Part shown: positions 54,658-64,000 of the stretch, in pieces
Layout: each line of letters starts with the position of its first letter
How positions within the stretch are numbered: the stretch's first letter is position 1
Assembly (NCBI GenBank): GCA_028023455.1
Contig: JAQFVV010000008.1
Location: forward strand, 10,788,001 to 10,852,000
DNA length: 64,000 nt
Origin: Epiperipatus broadwayi
Lineage: Eukaryota > Animalia > Onychophora
Direction of reading: 5' to 3'
Notes under the pieces: generated by a model
The model's database searches: none
The model's input: the letters and a program-made list of their open reading frames with translations, nothing else
Told to the model about the DNA's origin: nothing
Made by a program: the position numbers and the translations under genes

Positions 54658-54860
54658 ATGAGCACAGACTTTCACATGACCCACCACTCTCCACACTATC
54701 TCATAACACTGATACACCCGAACACACATATGTCGAAAAGATAAATAATCACCAATATACGTATTTCATGTTAAACCAGCAATCATCAGTTGGTCCAGAT
54801 TACCATCTCTACACATATATGCTACAAGTGCTCAGATATATATTAAGATAGCAAATCCTC
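54658..54860 (+). repeat. Dispersed ~200-bp repeat (unclassified), copy 2
   Basis: Aligns with 33190-33392. Confidence 0.8.
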
Positions 54861-56874
54861 CTACTTTAATCTAAATTTCTAAATTTTTGTTTTTTAAATA
54901 GTAACATTATTTACTATTAGTTCCTCTAATTTCCTATTACAAAATGAAAACAGCCAATATTTATATAGAATCACAGGCTCGACCCGAATCGTAATATGTA
55001 TGTGTTTTTGATTCGTATCAATGCCATCAAACGGCTAACACGAGAGAATAGAAAACAACCATATTTTTTCTTCTTAACTCTGTGACCATTCAGTGTAATA
55101 ATTCTCATTTTAAAAATTATTCACGACCTATTGAGAATTTTTTCAAGGCTTTATTTTTAAATACACATATTTTATTATATATATATTTCTATGTAAATTT
55201 TAGTTCAGAAAAAATTCCATTGATGGCCAGAAAAGTGAAAATTCAGTAAGATAAGATGGCTTTAGCTCCGCCTTGATTAGTGTCCTTTTTGTGCTTCTGA
55301 CATCATTAATTTTTATATTATTTAGAGAAAATAATTCAAATAACCAAAAAATGTGCTTATTTGCAAATTTATTACAATTCAATATTATTTTTGTACAAAA
55401 ATTATATAATTATTACAAATCAAAAAAATAAATTATAAATAATTTATATTGAATGGAAATATTTTATTTTTAACATCAGAATGTTATTTTTTTGGATAAT
55501 GCAAATTTATTCTGAAGGTATTGAATTGTTAGCAAAAATCAGGATCCTGTATTAGTATAGTTTTTCAAGTATATCAAATCTTTATTGGCAGATTTATTTA
55601 AAGGATTCTAAATATTTTGTATGATCATTGAATATTATTTGACTTTTGATTTAAGTGGGATATAATATTTTTAAAAAATTAATAATTCTTATAAGCTATC
55701 TCCTTTTACACTCTACAAAATATAACAATAACTTTAATAAATAGCTGGATTGGCTTAACAGCAGTATTTCCTATTTTTAATGTATCTTATATTGCTATTA
55801 TATGCTAGTTATATTATGGGAAGATTATATTAATATGCTATATCTACATCAAGAATCAGTTATCCCAAAATATTTTCCATATGTTTTTGAAAATATTCTT
55901 TGCACTATTCAATAATTTCTATTAATCATATTTTTTTCTAGAGTCAGAAAGATATTTGATGATAATCACAATTTATATCAAAATATAGGGTGAATCAATT
56001 TTTTATATTAGTTTTTTGTTTGTTTGTGTTGCATCTGCTATTTTAATTAAACTTTAGAGCATTAACATAAGAGAAAAAATTTCCCACAATATTTATCATG
56101 AGACACAGAACCATCTCAATATTTATAAAAAAGCAGCATAATAGATTTCCAATTTTGATAATATTAATTTTAAAAAATACTTGCTGTTCTAATGTTTTTC
56201 CTTCAAATTGCACAACTCCGAATTAACTTAAAGCTACCTGTGCAATCAAGGGCTACAATTTTATCAACAGAATAAAACTATTTTGCTTTATCAGGCTCAT
56301 ACTTGAACATCTCATGATCTCACAAACAACAAAACATATATAATTATGTAGAAAATATGTAATAGTTTTTTTGACTGAGTAAAATTTTTTAACAGTTAAT
56401 AAAATATACCATAGGTTCAATATATTTACATAACTTTCAAAGAATAGGAGTTAAAATTTAGAACTGCAGAATTGATTTTGCTATAGATAAGTGAATGTTA
56501 TTTCTTTAAATTAGCAGAGAAACTACTAATTTTTTGAACTTTAATGTGAGACAAGAGCAAACAAATAACACTATTTATTTAAAGTTGTAATCTAGAAGAT
56601 TAGATAATCATAGTTAATTTTGAAACTGTTTAAAAATACTATTGTGATTTATTAATTAAAAACACTATGTATAATGTTAATGCACATGAAAATATATCTA
56701 TATTATGATTACATACACCAAATAAAACAAGTCAATAAAAGCTTATATTAAAATTACATTAAAATAATAAAATTAAGTGTTCATTTAAAACAGATGAATT
56801 GCAGTTAAGAAAATCTTGAAATATTTATATAAATTCTAGAGATAATAAATATATTTTGTTTTATTCTGTATTGG

Positions 56875-59800
56875 TGTTGGATTTTATATTTATTTTGGAA
56901 ATAAATTAAAGTTTGTATTTGTTATGTATAATATTACATAATTTCCCATAATAGAAAAGAGAAAAATGAGTGTAACAAAAAAAAAAAAAAAAACAGAAGA
57001 ATAAGAAAAAACACATTTTTATTCAAGTACTGGGATTTTGAACTATCACTGCTGAAGAATCAACATGTATACAGCAGTTAGGACAGAAAATTTTCCTGAT
57101 AAATGTTTCCATGTAAAGTCATAAAGCAAACCTAGGGATAATTGCAAGTTACACAGGTCTCATTATTAGTTAATTAAGTCACAATGCACTTGTAAACATT
57201 TATAATAGATAAATGTACATACTAATTTTGTTATTCTAATAAATTCATCATATATTTATATGTGTGGGATTAATTATTAATACACAGCAAATAATTTGGC
57301 AGAGTACATCAGTCTGAGGGGAGACTGTATGAACCGAAATTGAATTATTTATAAAAACCAGTTCATGCAAGAAATCAAGAAATATGGCTTTCTCTCAAAC
57401 AATGATAAATGAATTTGATGTAAATAATCTGAAAGAATGGCCCATATATATATATATAAGAAACTAATTGAAAAACCGTTTTTAAAGAATTGTATTACAA
57501 ATAATAAAATAAAAGTATCTACATTACTGTGTTATGCTGGTTAGAAGGTGACTGAATTAGCAAACTGACTTTGTGACCCATCAGAACCAGAAAAGCTTTC
57601 ATGTGCTACAATAACCAAAAAACTGACAATTATTTCAATCATCATCCATCAAAGCATGTGCCTCATCTCCATTTTTGGAACAGACAACAAGTTTGTGGTG
57701 AAAATTGAGAAAGTATGATTAAGCATTAAGGGACCTTGCTAAAGATTGCCTCTATGGTGATTTCCTAGAAAAATCTTATTAGAATAGTTATGGGGAATCT
57801 TTGATGATTGTCTGAGACAACAGCTGTTAGCCATGAGTAGTTTAACATATATGATTAGCTTAACATATTAAATGGGCATACAATGGGACTAGTTCAAGAA
57901 CTAGTGAAAGAACAAGCATGGGAGTTTCAACTCAATAGTACTTTGGAAGTTAATAAAACTGTTATAAATAAAATGGAGAATATCAACAGAATTATTTACT
58001 TTTGTTGTGAAAAGCCAGATCATATAACTAAGGACTGTAAATGAAAAACAATTGTAGAAGTTGTGGAGAGAAGAAACCACTTCCAAAAAAGGCGCCAACA
58101 AAATAAGAAAAGATTACAAATTAGTAATCAGAATACAGCAAAGAAAAAAACCTGGTCAATAAATTAAAACTATGGAAATTAAGACCTTAGAATAAATCAT
58201 GAGTCACAATTTTCAATAAACAAATAATTATGGAAATTGATAGTGATGTTGGTGTCACTATTCTTAACTTCAGAGACTGGGAAAAAATAATCTGGAACTG
58301 TGATAAAATTTCAAGTTTGAGAAAGACCAATTTGAAAGCAAAAGATGTGTGGAAATTGGATTAAAATTATAGGAAAAGCTAAAGTAGCAGTAGAAATTAA
58401 AAATAAAGTGGCAAATCTTTACAGATCTACGTGGTTAAAAGCAGTATACAGCCTATAATTGAACAAAAGTGTTTGATTCTTGGAAATCAAAATCTGCATG
58501 GTAAAAAATTATCAAATCCCCTTCACATTAAACAAGAGCTATTCATAATCTAGTTAAAGAAGGTGTATTCACTCCTGTGGAAAGTTCTGAATGGGAAACT
58601 CCTATTGTAGTGTGATGAAATTAAATGGTCAAGTACATATTTGTAGTTATTGTCATCACATGATAAATAAAAATTTGAAAAAGAGTCAGTATCCAGTTCC
58701 AAATATTTGTGAATATTGGCAAAAATGGAGCAAAGTGATTATTATATAAAGACTGACTTACGAGTGGCTTTCCATCAAATACTAATCTCACCAAAAACTC
58801 CTGAGATATTTATGCTAATCATGTATAAAAGGATTATTTGATTGCATCAGATTGCCTTATGGAGTTACCATAGCCCCAAATATATTTCAAGCAAAGATGG
58901 ACATGCTTTTTCAACAGATGGACAAAGTGATTCCATATCTGGATGATATTTTGGTGGTTGGAAATTCCGAAAGCCTAAGCAAAAAGTTATCACAAATCTG
59001 CAAGGAAGCTCAAAAGTATTGGTGCAAGTATAAATGCAATTTATAAATGAAGTATAAATGAAATTTTTAGGATACATAATTATATGACATGGCAAAAAAC
59101 CTGATCCAGAAAAAGTTAAAGCTGTGCAAAATGCCACAAGACTGAAAAGCTGCAAAAACTCTTTTGAGGTTTTTTTTAAAGGAAAATACATGTTTAGCTC
59201 AGCCCTTGTATAATTTGTTAAAAAAAGAAAAATGGATTTGGGAAGTAGAGTATGAAAATTTATTTAAACAAAAAAAATAATGTTGTCATTGGAAAGTTTA
59301 TTAATTCATTATGACAATAATAGGGGTGTCAGAATATGGAGTAGGGGTGATTTTAAGTCATGCCATAGCCAATAGTGAAAGGCCTATTGCTTATGCCTTG
59401 TGGACATTGTCCAGTACTGAAAAAAAATATAGCCAATTAGACAAAGAAGCATTAGCTATAGCTTTTGCTATAAAAAAAATTCCATCAGTATTTGTATGGT
59501 CAATTTTTTTAATTAATTACGGATCACAAGTGGTTACTAGGAATTTTTGCTAAAAACAGCTCCTGATCATCTAATCCCTAGGATGCTATGCTGGGTAAAC
59601 CTATTATCAGGATATAAAATTGAATTGAAATATCAGAAAGAGTGCATAATAAGACATACAGACACCCTTTCATGGATTCCAAATAAAAATGAGACTTTAG
59701 AAACTGAGACCAGAATAAATTGTATAGACAAAATAAACTCAGAAATAATAAACAGCCAGCCATACTATTGCCTAAATGGATGATAAATGACCAAGGTTTC

Positions 59801-62685
59801 CAACAGATCATGAATTGGATAAGAAAAGATTGGCCAAATTGTTGACCAGAAATTTTGCATAAAAAGTCTTTTGGGCATAAGAAGAGAAGCTGTCTGTTTG
59901 CAAGAGCTGTAATGTTAAAGAAGATAATATTGTTATACCTATGGTTAGCCATAAAAAAATATGAAGACTATTATATCAAGGTCATTCAGGAATAGTTTGA
60001 GCAAAAATTATGGCTTGGGTATATATATATTGATCAGTTATAAATAAACAAATTGAACAATACATTTTAAAATGTGGTTCTTACCAAGCAACCCTCCCAA
60101 GTTGTCCTAAGAAATTTATTGCATGACCAAATGCTATCAAGTCTTGGAAAAAAGTATATATGCATTATGCAGGACCATTTATAGGTCATTTGTTCTTAAT
60201 ACTCATTGACACATATGCAAAGTGGGTGGAGTACAAAATTGCAAAGAGTACAAATTCTGAGAAAACTATCTCCAAACTATTGGAGGAAAACATTACCTTT
60301 AGTGGGCCAAAACATATATGCTCTGGAATAATTTCAAACTTTTTTTCGAATTTTGTTTTTTTTCCCCTGTGATTGTAAAGTTGGTACTTTGATAATATCT
60401 GTAGTTGTAAACTTGGTCTTTTGACAATATCTGTGGTACTTTGACAATATCTGTAGTTGTAAAGTTAGCTCTTTGACACTATCTGTAGTTATAAAGTTTT
60501 TATTTTGACAAAGTAATTATATGTACACTATCTGGTGTTAAAAATCCATTCAGAGAACTTTGTGTGAGAATCGCATTACTTCATGACTAAATTATGATAA
60601 GGCTATGGTAAGCATAACTCATGTAACATTTATCGTGCCAGTAAATGAAATGTTAGATCTGCTATTCATGAAGAATAGGCATTCATGACAATTGATGGAG
60701 TAACTTTGAACTGCAGAATTGGCAATGAGGTGGTTAGCATGGCAATGGCTGCTAAAGAACAATTTTGTATGTCAGCATTGCAATGAACAGTATTCACTGG
60801 GGAGAATTGCTGAAGGCACAAATGGTGTTAGATGACAATGCAGATTATGTCACTATTGTATATTCATGAGACATCACTCTTTTTCCAGAAGTTATTTGTC
60901 CCTGAAAATTCATGTGCTTATAGTATTTTATTGGGAAAATAATTTTCTGCAAGATTATATTGTTTGCGAGACATGTAAGTGCTCGAGTTATTACAGACTG
61001 GCAAATTTTTACAGATTTGAAGATGCAAGATACTTTGAGGGAAATCCATCACAGTTCAGTGGATTTGATGATGGAGTGCCACTAATTATAAAAATTGATG
61101 AGACTAAATATTTTCATAGAAAATATCATCAAGGAGAAAAGTGAGGTCAGTGGATGTTGGTGGCATAGAGAGGGGGTTCAGAAAATGATTCATGACAGAG
61201 GTTCTAGACAGAATGGCTGTTACTCTTGAAACCCTTATACAACAATACCTTTTAACAGGGATCCATATCATTACAGATGGTTGGGCTGCTTACAATAACC
61301 TAGGCAGAATTTATAATAGTATATATATGCATTTTGTTGTTGTGCATCAGGAGAATTTTGTGGATCCAACTCACACAGATATCTATAGACAAAATTTAGA
61401 GAACCTATAAATGCATGAAAAATGTAAGCTAAAATGACAATTTAGTGCCAGAAATGACTTATTTTCATTCAGGACTTTTTGCAAAAGTGACATAATTTTC
61501 TGTATTATAGGTATTGCTGAGAACTATGCGTTATAGTTCAAAATTATTCCACCTAAGTATTATGTTTTAGCCAGCAAAAGATAATGTTTACCATATTGGA
61601 AATATTTGGATACCATGGTTAGCCAGACTCTATAATGACAGAGAACAGCACAGAATTAGTGTCTTCAAGATTTAAAGAGTTTATTAAGAAGTGCAGCATT
61701 CATCATATTTTATTATCTGTATATCATTCAGAGCCAAGTGGTATGGCAGAGAAGGATGTACAGCAATTGAAATTGGTACTATGAGAAACCAATAATTTAA
61801 AAATGGAAGTGTACACCAGCTGCAATTACAGGTAAAACTCTACCTGAATTGATATTGGTCCAAAAATTAAAAAATAGACTGTCTTTGTTAATGTCAGAGG
61901 AGTGACATAATACAGTGGATGTGGATACTCCAAGTTATATAGAAGGTATCAAGATTTGGATAAGAGATCAGCTTAAAAAATATTCAATAAAAAGTGAAGT
62001 AGTTAAATGATTATCTATGCAGGTGATAGAGGTGTGCCTAAAAAATTATACTGTTTTGTGATGGCACACTAACCATATTTGCAAATGATTTGCATTAAGG
62101 TCGCAAATGAATGAGACATTGTCAAGTAACCCAATTAAAAATAGTAACCATATGAACAATGAGCAAATAAATAATCCAGTAGTGGAAGAAGACAATAGTG
62201 GAAATACCATTATGTTAAGGAGATACAAAAGAATTAAAAGAACCCCCTCCTATCTAAAAAATTATGTTACTTCATAAAGCAGTCATTTTTGAAATGGGGG
62301 AGGTAATTGTTGTATTTTATATTTATTATAGAAATAAATTAAAGTTTTGTATTTATTATGTATAGTGGTACATAATTTTCCATGATAAGAAAAGAGAAAA
62401 TAAGTATAACAAAAAAGCAGAAGAATAAGAAAAAGATCATGTTTTTATTCAAGTACTGGGATCTTGGACTGGTCGCCACTGAAGAGTTAACATGTATAGA
62501 ATAGAGTAGCTGGGACAGAGGATTTCCCTGGTGAATTTTATCACCATGATTAAAGTGAACCTAGGGACAATTTCAGACTGCACAGATCTTATTATTAGTT
62601 AATTAAGCCACAAGGCATTTGTAAACATTTATAATAGATAAATGTACATAAGAATTAATTTTGTTATTCTAATAAATTCATCACA
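56875..62685 (+). mobile_element. Old full-length Ty3/Gypsy LTR retrotransposon (pseudogenised gag-pol)
   Basis: Diverged LTRs at 56875-57252 and 62308-62685; PPT GAAATGGGGGAGG at 62291-62303. Domains in Gypsy order: CCHC knuckle CCEKPDHITKDC (~58005), protease IDSD, RT (KEGVFTPVESSEWETPIVV, RLPYG..APNIFQ, YLDDILV), RNase H (GVGVILSH...YSQLDKEALAI), integrase (HYAGPF...IDTYAKW / FGYHGL...AEKDVQQLK). Many stops; TSD not found. Confidence 0.9.
60285..61592 (+). mobile_element. Merlin (IS1595/IS1016-like) DNA transposon nested in the Gypsy integrase
   Basis: Imperfect ~55-bp TIRs starting GGAAAACATT / GGTAAACATT; 8-bp TSD CTATTGGA / ATATTGGA. Transposase motifs KIDETKYFHRKYHQG, DR...TL..LI, TDGWAAY, VHQENFVDP. 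About 33-bp subterminal repeats at 60370-60500. Confidence 0.9.
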
Positions 62686-62688
62686 TCA

Positions 62689-62850
62689 AAACAGGCAAAA
62701 CTCTCCATATAGTAGTGCCATTCAGTGTAAGCTAGAGTAATCGATGGAAGTCACTAACTTGCTCTGAGTTGCACTACTGTATGGAGAGTTTTGCCTATTT
62801 TAATAACAGTTATGAGCGAGCATAAGAAATGGGTGTTTGGTGGTTTAAAT
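62689..62850. repeat. Third, inverted fragment of the 456-bp HHR family (no ribozyme part)
   Basis: 30-bp inverted arms 62689-62718 / 62771-62800 (28/30 match). The sequence matches the CTGTATGGAGAGTTTTGC segment of the array and 44768-44885. Confidence 0.8.
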
Positions 62851-63166
62851 TCATCATATATAAACTTATTTATGCGTGCGGAATTATTTATTAAAATATT
62901 TGTCTTAATTATTAATACATATCAAATAACAGTTAACAAAATGTTGAAATATTTATATAAATTCCAAACATAATAAATGTATTTTGTTTTATTCTGTTTT
63001 GGTAAGTGATTTTGATAAATGGGGGAGGGTAAAAATATTGTTTAAAATTCTTTAGTTAATAAAATCATAATATACGTGTGTGTGAAAGCTAAATATATAT
63101 ATATTTATAATTTAAAAAATAAAATTATATATCCAGAAAAGTGTAATGCATTCTGTATAAATTTAG

Positions 63167-63403
63167 GAAATGGTAGCTCTGAAAAAAAATCTCGTGAAGA
63201 TCATATCAAACGCCCAATGAATGCTTTCATGGTATGGGCTCGAATACATCGACCTTACTTGGCTGCACAGTTCCCAAATGCTAACAATGCTGATATAAGT
63301 GTTAGATTAGGTGAAAACTGGCATAGAATGACAGAAGAAGAAAAAAAGCCCTACTATGATAAAGCAGAAAAAATTCGACTGCAGCACCGCCAAGAACATC
63401 CAG
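63167..63403 (+). CDS. SOX30: HMG-box exon of a SoxH/SOX30-like transcription factor
   Basis: [86 protein letters not shown] is the SOX30-type HMG signature. It is a 237-nt phase-1/phase-1 exon (AG at 63165-63166, CAG|GT at 63404; the donor is weak). Confidence 0.85.
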
Positions 63404-63447
63404 GTCTTTTATTTCTATTATTATTTAAGCAAATAATAATAGAAATT

Positions 63448-63616
63448 ATATTTCATTCCAATATCAGCCTTTCAAGCTAATTGAGCACGCACCTTTTGAA
63501 AGTATTAAATAAATAAATACTATATCTTGGATTGAAGAGGAGAGTATTCATTTATTTAACACTCTCAAAAGGCGCGTGCTCAATTAGCTTGAAAGGCTGA
63601 TATTGGAATGAAATAT
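63448..63616. repeat. 74-bp-arm hairpin (MITE-like or hairpin RNA)
   Basis: Arms 63448-63521 and 63543-63616 with a 21-nt loop; 70/74 Watson-Crick pairs. Confidence 0.9.
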
Positions 63617-64000
63617 TATTATTTAAGTTTTTAATCCTATTAGATCTACATAAAATGTTTACATATTCGTATTTAATTTGTAAGTGCAAAGCTTCATTTA
63701 AATCTCTTGAAAATGATTTTCTGCCATACTTTTGAGCAAATGGAAAGTTAAAAAAAAAAAGTTTTTTTTGAAGAATGTAACAGTATCCTCATAGAAGCAT
63801 TTGGAAAAAAAGCAACTTTATTATTATTGCATACATCTTCCTCAGACTTATGCTAAGTAAATTTAAAGAGCTTTATCAATTTTACTTTTGTTTCATTTAT
63901 AATTAATTTTGAAATATCACTGTTAAAAGATACAAAAAATATTTCCACTTTTTCCACTCACATTATCTTTGATTCAATTATTTGTTCATACTACTGGATT

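Noticed and set aside
1-64000. tRNA, rRNA, CRISPR arrays or prokaryotic operons
   Set aside because: None seen. The tandem repeats lack unique spacers, and the sequence is intron-containing eukaryotic DNA.

Overview
This is an AT-rich animal genomic window. It is probably from a protostome, because the MRPL35 sequence looks arthropod-like; the species cannot be determined. Two host genes are supported. One is mitochondrial ribosomal protein L35 (main exon 16051-16426, +). The other is a SoxH/SOX30-like transcription factor (large first exon 45553-46864, a ~16.3 kb intron, HMG-box exon 63167-63403, +; the gene continues beyond the window). The rest is mostly decayed, nested mobile DNA. It includes several unrelated LTR families with ~2 kb LTRs and ATAT/GTAT target sites, a non-autonomous two-LTR element (7832-12755), and an old Ty3/Gypsy element (56875-62685) with a Merlin DNA transposon inside its integrase. 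It also includes an RTE LINE, other LINE fragments and a Penelope-like element. The most unusual signal is a set of minimal type I hammerhead ribozyme (HHR) motifs. A near-identical 456-bp tandem array (27255-28272) carries one HHR per unit, which is a retrozyme-like architecture. Two more inverted loci of that family and a second HHR family forming long palindromes lie near or inside the Sox gene. No sense-strand HHR copy inside the Sox intron has an intact core. All calls are by-eye alignments and motif recognition; no database searches or folding programs were run.
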